Below are positions 34,441 through 49,468 of a stretch of DNA of 64,000 bases, piece after piece. The DNA comes from Mustelus asterias. Taxonomy: Eukaryota. The stretch lies in assembly GCF_964213995.1 (NCBI RefSeq), contig NC_135830.1:5208001-5272000 (forward strand), written 5' to 3'. The position numbers and the translations under genes are program-made. The notes under the pieces are model-generated. The model ran no database searches and was not told where the DNA came from. It saw only the letters and a program-made list of their open reading frames with translations. Each line of letters begins with the position of its first letter. Position 1 is the stretch's first letter.

Positions 34441-35964
34441 GTTCCTCAGTATCTCAGTAACCTCCTCCAGCCCCACAACACTCTGTGTAAACACAAGTTG
34501 TTGATGATTATGCCCTGAGATAGAAAATGTGAACCCGATTCCCCTCGTCCGCCAACTCGGCAACTTCTTCACAAAAAGTAAAGCACATGGGATTGGGGCT
34601 GTTGTACTGAGATGGGTAGAAAACTGATTGGCAGACAAGAAACAAAGAGTAGGATTAAACGGGTCTTTTTCCAACTGGCAGGCAGTGACTATTTGGGTAA
34701 CGCAGGATCAGTGCTGGGGCCTCGGTTACTCACCTGCCATGGGTCTTGTTTTTTTTCCCTTGTTTATTATACATCATTTTTAAATTGTTGCTTCCTAAGA
34801 ATCTAATTTAAAACCATGGATAAGCTCAAACCACTTTTGGAAAATCTGTGACTCTCTGATCAAGAATCTTACTGACCACTGCACACCATTCTGGTCACCG
34901 TATTATTAAAAAATATCCAGGCACTGGAGAGGGCGCAGAGAAGATTTTAATGATGAGATTTTAATGTAGAAGGCAGCTCACCACCACCTTCTCTGGATTA
35001 GCCATAAATGCTGGCCAAGCCAGCAATGCCCACATCCCATAAATGAATTTCAAAATGTGTGTTTTTTTTTATCAGGAAAGGATTGACAGGCTAGTTCTTC
35101 TTTCTTGAGAAATGAAGGCTGAGGGGTAACCTGAGCAGAGGTCTTCAAAATTATAAAATGTTTAGATACAAAAATAGTGTTTCCTCTTGAGGGGAAAAGC
35201 AAAAAGTAAAGTTTATTTATTAGTCACAAGTCGGCTTAGATTAACACTGCAATGAAGTTACTGGGACTGGAGACAATCAATATAAAACAGTCACTAAGAA
35301 ATCCAATCGGAAATCCAGGATAAATTTCTCTACACAAAGAGTGGCGAGAATATGGAAATCACAACTACAGGGAGTGAAATGAACAGTGTCGATGCCTTTC
35401 AGGGGAATCTCAACAAGTACTTATGAATGATTTTATAGTTCATTCAGGATTTATTTCAAAAAGACTAAAAACAATAAAGTGACAGGAGATAATTTGCAGG
35501 GTGTGAGACTCTGTGTGTGTGAGGGTGTCTGTGAGTCCGTGTGTTGCTTTTCATTGGTGTCACAGAAACCTTCCTCTTTCTGAGCAGACAATCTGGCCCC
35601 TGAATGATGTGAATTGTACAACTCAGAGATTCTCCATTCAGAATGACCATGTGCTGTGTAAAACCTGACATCTCCACAACCAGACGCCACTTCTCCTGGA
35701 ACACCGTGAAGTGACTACAATTTTCGAGATTGATTTCTTTGCTCTCACATATTTTCTCAGTTCATAAATTCCATCACGACCTTTAAACACACCGATGGTC
35801 TCCACTTTAAATACTTCCCTCAGTCTTACCAACATATAGCAATTGGATTGCTGCTATTACAGGAATCCATTCTGAAATTCTGTAAATCTGATTCCCACCA
35901 AACACCAACCCATATCCCCATCTGAGTTCCAGATTTTAATGAGATTTCTTAAAACACAGGCAGC

Positions 35965-38040
35965 CTGGCAGCACAGTGGTCAGCATTGCTGCCTCACAGC
36001 GCCAGGAACCCGGGTTCAATTCGTGCCTCAGCTGACTGTGTGGAGTCTGCACATTTTCCCTGTGCCTCTTTTAGGGCAAACCAAATAAACAAACTCAAAT
36101 TAACTCAGGGACAAAGTAAAAGGGGCAGCTCCCCAAAAGGAGGGGGAACAGCCCGAACAGAAACAAAGTGCAAAGGAAACTTAAAACATCAAATCAAAAT
36201 GTGATTATCGGGGTCTATAATGCACCCCAGCTCCTGCGGTGCCCAATGGCCGCGGAAGGCGTCAACTGCGCCCGTGGACACCGCATGCTCCCTCTCCAGG
36301 GACATCCGGCCACGAACGTACCCGCGGTAGAGGGGCAGACAGTCAGGATGGACGGCCCCCTCGATCGCCTGCTGCCTGGACCTGTTAATGGCGCCTTTCA
36401 CCAGGCCCAGGAGCAGGTTCACGAAGAGGTCGCCATCCCGACCCTCCCCTCTCCGCACCGGGTGTCCGTAGATCAGGAACATGGGACTGAAGTGCAAACA
36501 AAACATAAATAAAAGATTCTTCAGGAAAACAAAAAGGGAGTGCAGCCTAAGACACAAAACGTAGACGTGGTCCACGGACTCCACAAGGCCACAGAAAGGG
36601 CAAACTTGAGAGCCCGTGAAACGTACGGTTGTGTGGAACTGCTGCATGCATCACCCTCCATCCCAGGTCCCCAAGATAATTGAGGGAGATCCCTCCGTAG
36701 AGGTCCCTCCACTGGGGATCTTGGCCGCCCGGCGGCAAGGCCCGCCAAGGTGTATCCGGGCGACAGGCGAGGAGGCGGTAGTGGAAGGTGTGCAGCAGCA
36801 GCCCGCACAGGAAACGCCTCCGCGCAGTGGAAAAAGGCACGGAGGACATTTCCGTGATGCAGCACATCCTGTTCCGGGAGGGGGGGCATAGGCTTTGGGC
36901 CAATGTGGAATTCTGTCTGAACAGGGGAATGCTCAGGCGGGATCCCACCGCACGCCTGCGCCGCCTCGAGACCATGTGCACATTCGGGGCCGAGCACAAC
37001 CGTCCTAAGATCTTGGATGGCTTTGGCCGTGTGCCAAACGGGCACCCCCGCACACTCAGCCAGCATGTGGGGGTTCATCCAGCCTGCTCCTCTGCCATCC
37101 AGCACATCCCCGATCCTGGTCCCTCCGGCGTCCACAGCCCTCCTCTCCGCCAGCCACCTGAAGTTATACAGCTGGAGGAGCGGATTCCTGAGCAGCGGCT
37201 CTCGCACGACAGCCGCTACTCCTGACGGGGGAGAGCTGCGTCACGAGGCAAGCGTGTTCCAGACAGTGAGGAGGTCCTAGTAAAAGACAGGCAACTCCTG
37301 CAGGGCGGTCGAAACGTCCCAGATTTATATGCAGGAGCTGCACGTCATAATTCAGGCCGTGCAACTGATGGAAGAAATACGTCGCCATGGCACACCATCG
37401 TGAAGAAGACTCAACGTAAAGGTACCTCTGCAGGGTCTGAAGGCGGAAGGTCGCCACCTGTGTGACTGCCCTCCGCAAGCGGGAGATGCAGAACTGCGGC
37501 AGAGATCCAGTGCAGTCGGTTGTCCCAGAAGAACCGCAGGAGGGTTTTCTGGAGATTGGTGACAAAGCCAGGGGGAGGGGTCAAAGGGACCAGCCGGTAT
37601 CACAGCATGGAGGCGAGCAACTGGTTTATGACGAGAACTCGCGCCCCGGAGGACAGCACTCGGAGCAGTCCTGTCCAGCGATTCAGGTGGGCGGAGACCT
37701 TGGCCTCCAGCTCCCGCCAGTTCATCGGCCAGGATTCTTTGGCGGGGCAGAGATGGGCCCCCAAGCAGAGGCGGTTGGTCCTGCTACAGGTGAAAGGCCT
37801 GAGCTCCTCCGGAAGGGGGTCCATCTCCCATGGACCGACCTACATTCTCCCTGTATCTGTGTGGGTTACCTCCAGGTACTCTTGTTTCCTCCCACACTCC
37901 AAAAATGTGCAGATTAGATTGATTGGCCATGCTAAATTGGCCCTTAGTGTCGGGGATTAGCAGGATATCTACATGGGTGGACTGGGTGGGATCACTGTTG
38001 GTATAAACTCAATGGCCTCCTGCACTGTAGGGATTCTAAA
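35965..38040 (+). mobile_element. HE1-type V-SINE split by a Tx1 insertion (halves 35965-36065 and 37842-38040)
   Basis: SINE sequence resumes collinearly after the insertion. Confidence 0.82.
36066..37841 (-). mobile_element. Tx1-clade retrotransposon, 5'-truncated ORF2 C-terminus plus 3'UTR
   Basis: RVLVINQLLASML, TFRLQTLQRYLY, GDLGWRVMHAAV and CPFCGLVESVDHVYVLC (L1/Tx1 zinc knuckle); about 15-bp TSD. Confidence 0.9.
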
Positions 38041-38268
38041 CCGTCTGTACTATCATTACATTAGATCCAATACTGTATTCACTAACACACTGCAGCTTGA
38101 CTCTTATTATTGGAACAAACACTGTGTTTGTCACACTCAGAGTCAGTCAATCCAAAGTAAATCAAGCCAATCCATGACAAAGGGTCATCCAGACTTGAAG
38201 AGTTGTCTGGAATCCCTCTCCACAGTTGCTGTCAGACCTGCTGAGGTTTTGCAGCATTTTCTGATTTG

Positions 38269-38615
38269 AAGTCAGTGCTTTGCTGTGTTGTCTCTGTGCT
38301 CCATCTCCACTCTGATTGTATTGGAGCCTGTGTGTGTCATTGTCACACTCAGAGTAAGTCAGTGCTTTGCTGTGTTGTCTCTGTGCTCCATCCCCACTCT
38401 GATTGTATTGGAGCCTGTGTGTGTCATTGTTACACTCAGAGTAAGTCAGTGCTTTGCTGTGTTGTCTCTGTGCTCCATCCCCACTCTGATTGTATTGGAG
38501 CCTGTGTGTGTCATTGTTACACTCAGAGTAAGTCAGTGCTTTGCTGTGTTGTCTCTGTGCTCCATCCCCACTCTGATTGTATTGGAGTCTGTGTGTGTCA
38601 TTGTTACACTGAGAC
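38269..38615. repeat. 87-bp minisatellite x4
   Basis: Near-perfect tandem units; explains the 29-aa repeat ORFs in the track. Confidence 0.95.
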
Positions 38616-38639
38616 TCTGTCACTGTGATTATTGGACAA

Positions 38640-39060
38640 ACAGCAAGTCACCGTCACAATGCCCGGCTGATTGACGGCAGCGCGGACCAATGGGAAGAGG
38701 GGGCAGTGCTGGAGGACCGATCTGGAGCGGTCGGTCCTCCAACCAATAGGAGCGAACGAGGGGCGGGGCCAACTTTAACTCGAGCATGCGCAGTGTGAGT
38801 AATGGCGATGGAAAACGGCGTTTGTTTTGGGCTCGGAAATCTGTTAGAGGTGATTGGCGGTACGGAGAGAGCAATGGATCGCCCGGGTGGGTGGAAACGC
38901 TGCGTAAGCATGTTGTGTAAGCCGCAAACCGCGGAAGAGAACTTCCCGGACCCAGTTTGTACCGAGCAGGGCTGCAGCTCCTCATGTTCGTCCGGGGTTA
39001 ACGTTTGCCATCTTTATTGGGGGCAATATGCAGCAGTGCGCATGTGCAAGTTTGTGGAGG
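38640..39060 (+). promoter_or_regulatory. P7: diverged copy of the CCAAT/palindrome/NRF1 promoter, probably for Z7
   Basis: CACAATGCCCGG-CTGATTGACG-GGACCAAT-palindrome-CCAAT-GGGGCGGGG-GCATGCGCAGTG-AATGGCG, same order as in P1. Confidence 0.7.
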
Positions 39061-39246
39061 GCAATGTTGTCAATGAGTGGGAGGAGCTTGTTCCCCAGTG
39101 TTCAGAATAGAGACAACTTGTCCATCAAACTGCATCAACCCTTTGAGTCCCAATGTCTTATTGATGAGACAGAGCGGTGACAGAGAAGGAAAAAGAAAGG
39201 GAAATAAAAACAGAAAATGCTGGAAAATCTCTGCAGATCTGATAGC

Positions 39247-39625
39247 ATAGAACATTACAGCGCAGTACAGGCCCTTCAGCCCTCAATGTTGCGCTGACCT
39301 GTGAAACCAATCCAAAGCCCATCTAACCTACACTATTCCAATATCATCCATATGTTTATCCAATGACCATTTAAATGCCCTTAATGTTGGTGAGTCCACT
39401 ACTGCTGAAGGCAGGGCATTCCACGCCCTTACTACTCTCTGAGTGAAGAACCTACCTCTGACATCTGTCCTATATCTATCACCCCTCAACTTAAAGCTAT
39501 GACCCCTCGTGCTAGATATCACCATCCGAGGAAAAAGGCTCTCACTGTCCACCCTATCTAATCCTCTGATCATCTTGTACGCTTCTATTAAGTCACCTCT
39601 TAACCTTCTTCTCTCTAACGAAAAA
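39247..39625 (-). mobile_element. CR1 LINE 3' end
   Basis: LERRRLRGDLIEAYKMIRGLDRVD motif. Confidence 0.9.
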
Positions 39626-39759
39626 TTACACTGTAGATAAGTAAGCCCCACCAACTTTCCCAGAAGACTAAGGAAATTTGGCATGTCCGCTATGACTCTC
39701 ACCAACCTTTACGGCTCCCGGGTCAAGGTCAGGGTAGGAGGATAAACATTCTCTCCACC

Positions 39760-40497
39760 TCCGTGTCTTTTTCTACCGCGCGGAGGCGTCTCCTGTGCGG
39801 GCTGCTGCTGCACACCTTCCACTACCGCCTCCTCGCCTGTCGCCCAGATACACCTTGGCGGGCCTTGTTTCCGTAGAGGTCCTCTACGGAGGGATTGCCC
39901 CAATTACATCGGGGACCTGGGGTGAAGGGTGATGCATGCAGCAGTTCCGCACAACCGTAGGATTCACTGGTTCACGGGCTATGAAGCTTGCCCCTTCTGT
40001 GGCCTTGTGGAGTCCGTGGACCATGTCTATGTTTTGTGTCTTAGGTTGCACTCTCTTTTTGTTGGGGTCGGGATGGCGACCTCCTCGTGAACCTGCTCCT
40101 GGGATTGGCGAAACGCGCCATTTACATGTCCAGGCACCGGGCGATCGAGGGGGCCGTCCATCCTGACTGTTTTCCCCTCTACTGCAGCTACGTTCGCGGC
40201 CGGGTGCCCCTGGAGAGGGAGCATGCGGTGTCCACGGGCGCGATTGACGCCTTCCGTGCCCGTTGGGCACTGCAGGGGTTGGGGTGCGTTATTGACCCTA
40301 ATAATCACATTTTAATTTGATGTTTTTAAGTTTCCTTTGTACTTTGACCCTAATAATCACATTTTAATTTGATGTTTTTAAGTTTCCTTTGTACTTTGAT
40401 TTTTGTTCGGGCTGTTCCTCCTCCTTTTGGGGAGCTGCCCCTTTTACTTTGTCCTGATTTAACTTGAGTTTGTTTATTTGTTTTGACCTAAAAGAGG
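39760..40497 (+). mobile_element. Tx1-clade 3' fragment with internal deletions and a roughly 52-bp tandem duplication
   Basis: Homologous to 36066-36850; same CCTAAAAGAG terminus. Confidence 0.85.
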
Positions 40498-40669
40498 GCA
40501 ACATCTGTGAGTAAAACACTTTCTTTTCTCCCCCTTTCCATTTCTTTTCTCATTCTGGGGGAAATTGGGGACTTGCAGCAACTGAAGGGAAAGGAAGTGA
40601 ATCCAGGGAGGCTGCAGACTCTGGAAAGGTTGGCCCAGGTCTCTCTCTCTCTCTCTTGAAGACATTGAT

Positions 40670-41160
40670 ATAGAAACATAGAAGGTAGAAGCAGGAGGAG
40701 GCCATTTGGCCCTTCGAGCCTGCTCCGCCATTCATTACAACCATGGCTGATCATCCAACTCAATAGCCTAATCCTGCTTTTTCCCCATAACCTGTGATCC
40801 CATTTGCCCCAAGTGCTATATCCAGCCACCTCTTGAATACATTCAATGTTTTGGCATCAACTACTTCCTGTGGTAATAAATTCCACAGGGTGACCTCTCT
40901 TTGGGTGAAGAAATGTCTCCTCACCTCCGTCCTAAATGGTCTGCCCTGAATCCTCAGACTGTGACCCCCGGTTCTGGACTCCATCGGGAACATCCTCCCT
41001 GCATCTATCCTGTCTCGACCTGTTAGAATTTTATAAGTCTCTATGAGATTCCCCCTCATTCATATGAACTCCAACAAAAACAATCCGAACCTCGTCAATC
41101 TCTCCTCATACATCAGTCCCGCGATTCCCTGAATCAGCCTGGTGAACATCCTTTGCTCCC
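40670..41160 (-). mobile_element. CR1 LINE 3' end
   Basis: MRGNLIETYKILTG...FFTQREVTLWN motif. Confidence 0.88.
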
Positions 41161-42809
41161 TCAGCTTGACACATTTATTTGTCTGGCGAAAAGGATGGTC
41201 TTTTTCATCATGTTCATAATTAAAGGGCAGCTTTCCCCAGGAGATGGCTGACATTTAAGTGGTACAGTACATTAATATAGGACAGAGATATGTCTACCCA
41301 GATTAGATATATTATTTATGTTTCTGTAAAAAAATACATTCATTATTATTTCTTGCATTGTAATATAAGGCTGTAGCGATGTTATACATTTCCAGTCATA
41401 AAATGATTACAGCACAGAAGGAATCCATTTGGCAACTCGAGTCCATGCTGACTCTCTGTATAACATTCCAGTCCCATTCCCACTCGATATCCCCGTTCTC
41501 CTGAAAGTTTATTTCCTTCAAGTGCCCATCCACTTTCATTTGTAAATAGAATCCATAGATATGGATGGAGATTTACAACTTTTTGGGAATGAAATATGAA
41601 AGAATGTTCCAGAGAAACTAGAAATGTCTGCTCTGAATTTCTATCCTATACTGACTGTGATGACTTTTGCAAACTCATTTCACAGGATATTGAACGAGGA
41701 ATCGCAGGCAAAAATCTCAACCGTCACATCTAGACAGAGTCATATTTGTTGGGATCTGAATATCTTGTAATATGGAACTGTAGCTACGTTATATATTTCC
41801 AGACATCCCTTCCCTCAGAGGGTTGTGAGGTTTTGGATTTCTCTTCCACAGGGACCAGTGGAGGCTGAGGATCATTGAATATATTCCAGTTAGACAGATC
41901 TTTGACTGACAAGGGTGTCAAGAGTTATGGGGAACAGACAAGAAGATGGAGCAAAAGCTAAGATGTGAGGGGATTTCTTCACTCAAGGATGTGGTGAAGA
42001 TTTGGAATTCTCAACCCCTGAGGACAGTGAAGCCTCAGTCATCAACTATTTTCAAGAGAGAGATTGATTGGTTTCTGGATATTGAGGAGATCAAGGGATA
42101 TGGGTTTAGTGTGGGGAGAATGATGCTGAGGTAGATGAACGAATTATCTCATTGAATAGTTTAAAAGGCTCGATGAGCCAAATGGCCGACTGCAGCTCCT
42201 ATTTGTTATGGTCTCAGTGTCCAGGACAGGAAGCAGTGAGCACGGATCTGTCAATCAGCCTCAATCAGCACCTTCAGGAGAATTGGGAGGGTGAATATTA
42301 GATACAGCAGAGTGAGAATGGAGGGAGAGTGTGTGGGATGGAGATTTACAGCTTTTTGGGACTGAAATAGGAAAGAATGTTCCATAGAAACTAGAATTGT
42401 CTGTTCTGAATTTCTATCCTGTACTGACAGTGATGACTTTTATAAACTTGTTTTACAGGATATTGAAAGAGGAATCACAGGCCGAAATCTCAAACGTCAC
42501 GTCTAGACGTGACAGAGTCATATTCCATGGGAGCTGAATATCATCGGACTTTGAATCTCGAAGGAGAAATGATTGTCCGGTCTGTTGAATTGAAAAGATT
42601 TCAAACATCAGTGTGACTGGAAAAGCACCAACACACTGCCACACTCGAGTGAGAGTGTTCCAGTGCACTGACTAAAGAGCTTTAACCAGTCACACAGCCT
42701 GAATAAATATCACACCATTCACAGCAGGGAGAGTCTGTACACGTGTTCTGTGTGTGGACGAGGCGTCAACTGATTGTCCACCCAAGGGAGAGGCAAGGAC
42801 ACCTGCACC

Positions 42810-43316
42810 ATGGAGAAACCATGGAAATGTGGGGACTGTGGGAAGAGATACAGAGCCCCCTCTCTGCTGGAAGCTCATCGGCGCAGCCACACTGGGGAGA
42901 GGCCATTCACCTGCTCTCAGTGTGGGGAGGGATTCACTCACTCATCCAACATGAAGAGACACCAGCGAGTTCACACTGGGGAGAGACCATTCACCTGCTC
43001 TCAGTGTGGGAAGGGATTCGCTTGTTCATCCACCCTGCGGAAACACCAACGAGTTCACACTGGGGAGAGGCCCTTTACCTGCTCTCGATGTGGGGAGGGA
43101 TTCACTCAGTCATCCCACCTGCAGAGACACCAGCGATTTCATACTGGGGAGAGGCCATTCACCTGCTCTCAGTGTAGGAAGGGATTCTGTGATTCATCCA
43201 GCCTGCTGACACACCAGCGAATTCACATTGGGGAGAGGCCGTTCACGTGCTCTGTGTGTGAGAAGAGATTCAGTCTTTTATCCCAGCTGCTGAGACACCA
43301 ACGGGTTCACGAGTGA
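42810..43316 (+). CDS. Z7: C2H2 zinc-finger protein, 6 fingers, 168 aa, paralog of Z2 and Z9
   Basis: MEKPWKC start, exon acceptor at 42459. Confidence 0.88.
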   Translation: MEKPWKCGDCGKRYRAPSLLEAHRRSHTGERPFTCSQCGEGFTHSSNMKRHQRVHTGERPFTCSQCGKGFACSSTLRKHQRVHTGERPFTCSRCGEGFTQSSHLQRHQRFHTGERPFTCSQCRKGFCDSSSLLTHQRIHIGERPFTCSVCEKRFSLLSQLLRHQRVHE

Positions 43317-44351
43317 TTCCAGGGGTTGGATTCTGCTGTTATTGTTTCTGCTCTCAGTTACATCCAGGACTGCATTTTGTTCATTCTCACAGTTGGTCAA
43401 TGGGGAGGGTCAGAGGGTTTCTTTCTGCTGGACTGGCCGGTCTCACAACATTGCCTCCTGTGGGCTGATGCTCTTTGAGTCTTGTTGCGAATACATGGTT
43501 TCAAATTTCACAAGGATCACAGAGTGACAGGGTGTTAGGAAGTTAAGAGTCACTATTTCTGTTTGAAACCCCCCAGATGCCCATCCAATTCCCTTTGTAA
43601 TTGTTTATTGACTCCACTTCCTCCACCCTCATAGGCAGCGAGTTCCAGGTCATTACCATTCGCTGCATCAAAATATTCTTCCTCACTTCCCCCCCTGCAT
43701 CTCTGACCCAAAACCATAAATCTGTGTCCCCCTCATCCTTGTCCCGTCGGCTAATGGGAACAGCTTTTCTTTGTCCACCTTGTCTAAACCTGTCAGAATC
43801 TTGTCCACCTCTATCAAATCTCCCTTCAACCTCCTTTGCTCCAAGAGGAACAACTCCAGCCTGACATCGACAATAAAGAACAAACTAACAGAATATGTTA
43901 ATACCTGAAATCAAATGGGAATGTTTAATTTCTGTTTTAAGTTATTGTGAATATATTGTCCTGGACAATAAAGGAATTGGAAAAACTCAACTTGGGTGTG
44001 GGTGAATGGAATATATCAATCTGATATCCACCTACAGTCTCGTGAAAGACTGGAATGTGTAGCTGGAAATCCCTCCCTAACAGCACTGTGGGTGTACCTA
44101 CACCTCAGGCATTGTAGCAGTTCAGGAAGGCAGTGTTGGGGTTGACCACGGCCGAGGCAGCTACATACAGCCACATATTCTGTTATAATTGAAGGACTGT
44201 AGATTGAATGTAAGGCATTATGGGACTGGATTATCTTGACCACATTCCTGTGACTGCTCAGTTTCTGCAATCACGGACCATTAAAGCTGCTTAGCAGGGC
44301 CCCAACAGAGGACCTGGTGAGAATATTTACTCAGAATGAGTTAAAATTAAC

Positions 44352-44665
44352 TGGGGCAGCACGGTGGCACAGTGGTTACCAGTGCTGCATCACAGCGCCA
44401 GGGGCCCGGGTTCGATTTCCAGCTTAGATCACTGTGTGGAGTTTGCACGTTCTCCCCATGTCTGTGTAGGTTTCCTCCGGGTGCTCCGGTTTCCTCCCAC
44501 AGTCCAAAGAAGTGCAGGTTAAGTGCATTGGGCATGCTAAGTTGCCTCTTAGTGTCAGGGGGACTAGCTGGGGTAAATGCATGGGGTTATGGAGATAGGG
44601 TCGGTGGGATTGTGGTTGGTGCAGACTTGATGGGCCGAATGGCCTACTTCTGCACTATAGAGATT
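44352..44665 (+). mobile_element. HE1-type V-SINE, duplicated with the ZNF unit (inverted copy at 54395-54715)
   Basis: Same insertion site in both duplicates; absent from the copies near 6870 and 47760. Confidence 0.88.
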
Positions 44666-45639
44666 CAATCAGATTATTGCAGGACCGGCTGGTGTTCAGT
44701 GGCTGAGAAACCTGGAATCTGTGAAAAAGGGGTCTGACGAATCAACAAACGGGGGGAGGTTAAGACGTTAAGAAGCGTTTTCAGGTGTGTTTAAATTATT
44801 TTATCATAAATGTGTGATAAGAACTGTGAGGGACTTGTGACCTGATAGTCGGTGAAGTGATGGTACACTCCAAGTAGCACTGGACTGAAAAGCAGATCTC
44901 AGAGAGTAGATTCCAATGATTATAATCTTACCCAAGCATGGCCAGTGACAAATCAGAGCTCAAGTGGGGACCGGACAGGTCTCTTACCTGCCATTTGGAA
45001 ACTAAGAACAAGAAACTTATCGATTAAAATGATTAGAGAATAGAGCCAATCTTTCGAGTCTGGATGACACTTCATAAGAGCTCTTATAAAGGGTCATCCA
45101 GACTCGAAACATTGGCTCTATTCTCTCTCCGCAGATACTGTCAGACCTGCTGAGATTTTCCAGCATTTTCTGTTATTTTTAAGATTCCAGTATCTGCAGT
45201 ATTTTATGATAAAATGATTAGTTCTGATTGGAATCCCCACGACCCTCCCGCAAAACAGAGGGAGTGGTGGCAGAAGGAGAAAAAGGATAAGGATGATAAA
45301 GTCAGGGTTCTGATTCCCGAGCCCATGTCGAATAAACAAAATAGGTGGATCAGTTTATAAAGAACAGAAGTTACCATCCCTGACAAAAACTGATCAAATT
45401 AAAGTAAATAGGTTGAGGAATATAACAAAAAAAATTAATAGATGAAGTTTAAAATCATTTGTTTTGTTTTAAACTTGTGTAAAGTGATGTAATTGTGTGC
45501 CAAGTTTTTGCTGCTCACTTCCCACCCCTTTAGGTTCTGTAGAAAAGTTAACCCTTTCAGCAGACAGTTCATTTGTTTTTAAATCGGAATCATAGAATCT
45601 GAATAATATAATCATAATAATATAATATATCATATAATC

Positions 45640-46450
<811 letters not shown>

Positions 46451-46675
46451 ATATTCGGGGTTGGATTCTGCTGTTATTGTTTCTGCTCTCAATTACATCC
46501 AGGACTGCGCTTTGTTCATTCTCACAGTTGGTCAATGGGGAGGGTCGGAGGGTTTCTTTTTGCTGGACTGGCCGGTCTCATGACTTTGCCTCCAGTGGAC
46601 TGATACCCTCTGAGTCTTGTTGCGAATACCTGGTTTTAAATTTCACACGGGTCACAGAGTGACAGGGTGTTAGGA

Positions 46676-46946
46676 ATCATAGAATCCCGACGGTGCAGAA
46701 GGAGGCCATTTGGCCCATTGACTGCACAGACCACAATCCCACCCAGGCCCTATCCCCATAACCCCATGCATTTACCTTAGCTGGTCCCCCTAACACTAAG
46801 GGGCAATTTATCATGGCCAATCCACCTAACCTGCACATCTTTGGACTGTGGGAGGAAACCAGAGCACCCGGAGGAAACACATGCAGACACGATGAGAATG
46901 TGCAAACTCCACACACAAGTGACCCAAGCCGGGAATCGAGCCCAGG
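46676..46946 (-). mobile_element. HE1-type V-SINE
   Basis: V-domain and CR1-like tail. Confidence 0.85.
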
Positions 46947-48706
46947 CTGGAAGTTAAGAGATATTTAGTCAGCATTTCTGTTTGAAAGCCCCCCAAATGC
47001 TCATCCAATTTCCTTTGTAATTGTTTATTGTCTCCACTTCCTCCACCCTCGTAGGCAGCGAGTTCCAGGTCATTACCATTCGCTGCATCAAAATATTCTT
47101 CCTCACATCCCCCCCTGCATCTCTGAACCAAAATCTGCACCCCCCTCATCCTTGTCCCATCAGCTAATGGGAACAGCTTTTCTTTGTCCACCTTATCTAA
47201 ACCTGTCAGAAACTTGTCCACCTCTATCAAATCTCCCCTCAACCTCCTTTGCTCCAAGGGGAACAACCCCAGCCTGACATTGACAATAAAGAACAAACTA
47301 ACAGAATATGTTAATACCTGAAACCAAATGAGAATGTTTAATTTCTGTTTTAAAGATATTGTGAATATATTGTCTTGGACAATAAAGAAATTTGAATAAC
47401 TCACCTTGGGTGTGGTTGAATGGAATATATCAATCTGGTATCCACCTACAGTCCAGTGAATGTCTGGAATGTGTAGCGAGAAATCCCTCCCTAACAGCAC
47501 TGTGGGTGTACTTACACCTCAGGCATTGTAGCAGTTCAAGAAGGCAGTGTTGGGGTTGACCATGTCCGAGGCAGCTACATACAGCCACATATTCTGTTAG
47601 AATTGAAGGACAGCAGATTGAATGTGAGGCATTGTGGGACTGGACTATCTTGACCACATTCCTGTGACTGCTCAGTTTCTGCAATCACGGACCATTAAAG
47701 CTGCTTAGCAGGGCCCCGCCAGAGGACCTGGTGAGAATATTTACTCAGAATGAGTTAGAATTAAACTTATTCCAGGATCGGCTGGTGTTCAGCGGCTGAG
47801 ATTCCCGAATCTGTAAAAAGTGGGTCTGACCAATCAACACACGGTGATAGGTAGTTGGTGAAGAAGCATTCTCAGGCATTATTTAAATTATTTTATCATA
47901 AATTTGTGACCCGATAATCGGTGAAGTGACGGTATACTCCAAGTAGCACTGGATTGAAAAGTGGACCTCTGAGCATAGCTTCTAATAGTTATAATCCTAC
48001 CCGAGCATGGCCAGTGAAAAACCAGAGCTTACCTGCCATTTGGAAACTAAGAACAAGAAACATATCGATACAATGAGAAGAGAATAGAGCCAACATTGAG
48101 TCTGGATTACACTTCAGAAGATCTCTTATGAAGGGTCATCCAGTCTTGAAACATTGGCTCTATTCTCTCTCCACAGATGCTGTCAGACCTGTTGAGACTT
48201 TCCATCATTTTCTGTTTTTATTCAGATTCCAGTATCCGCAGTATTTTACTTTTATGATAAAATGATTCAGTCTGATTGGAATCCCCACGACCCTCTCGCA
48301 AAACAGAGGGAGTGGTGGCAGAAGGAGAAAAAGGATAAGGATGATAAAGTCTGGGTTCTGATTCTCCGAGCCCATGCAGAATTAACAAAATGAGTGAATC
48401 AGTTTATAAAGAACAGAAGTTACCCATCCCTAACAAAAACTGATCAAATTAAAATAATTAGGTTGAGGAATATAATTAAAAAAAGATGAAGTTTAAAAAA
48501 GTTTGTTGTTACTGAACTGTATTGTTGTCATTTTGTTGTGACCACACTGTATTCACCTCAATGCTTGTGGAATCTGTGTAGCGAGCAGGAATTGTTTAAA
48601 CTAAGAATTTCTTCTTTCATTTTGATCAGCGAGAGGACATTATATTCTGTGAAATCTGCCTCAAGAATAAGGCTGATTGTTCAGTCTGAGTGTGAAAGAA
48701 AGATAC

Positions 48707-49330
48707 AGGGGGCGATCTTACCGGCTTGACTCGCCGCTCGATTAGACCGGTGAGCCAGGAGGATAGCGTGCGAGACTAAAGGATTGCTATCTTCCCGGCC
48801 CGTGTTTTGCCGGCTTCATTCCCAGAAAGTGAGTGAAGGTTATTTGCACAGAGTTGCCTACATTACAATGTGATTGGTGGGTTCAGCATGGCTGCTTCCC
48901 CCCCTCACTGGCGAGACGTCACATCGGCGAGAATCACTACTGGTCTTCACCAGCGGGGACCAGGTGCTTGGGCCACACTGGGGGTGTGGGGGGGGGGGTG
49001 GGATCGGAGGCCATTGAAGCCACCATGGTGGTCAGGGGCAGTGCCCATGGGGCAGTGCCACATTCAGTACCCTCCTGGCACCCTGGCAGTGCCCAGTTGA
49101 GTACCATAAATGTACCATGGGCAGTGCCAAGGGGATGGGTGGGGGTGGGGCTTAGTGGAGGGGTATTTATAATGACTGGAGGCTTATGCAAGGAGGGTGG
49201 ATGCCAAGGGGGGAGCTTTGTATGGGGGGGGAGGGTGATCGGGGGGGACGGCGGGGGGTGAATCTCTGCCAAGGAGGGTGGATGTGCACGGGGGGGCGTT
49301 CAGGAATTGGCCACGGAGGGGGCATCATGG
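48707..49330. mobile_element. GC-rich interspersed repeat, possibly a Harbinger-derived non-autonomous element
   Basis: Abrupt composition change starting GGGGGCGATCTTACCGG; family assignment from resemblance only, second terminal repeat not found. Confidence 0.35.
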
Positions 49331-49468
49331 TGATTGAATAAGCAGTGACCCTTAATTGAGTTACAATTAATGAATCAGTCGTTATAGTAAAAGACTGAGT
49401 TTTTATTTGCTTTTAAAATGTAAAATCTTAATTGTGTATGTAACGAATGTGCAATGAAGATACATTTT

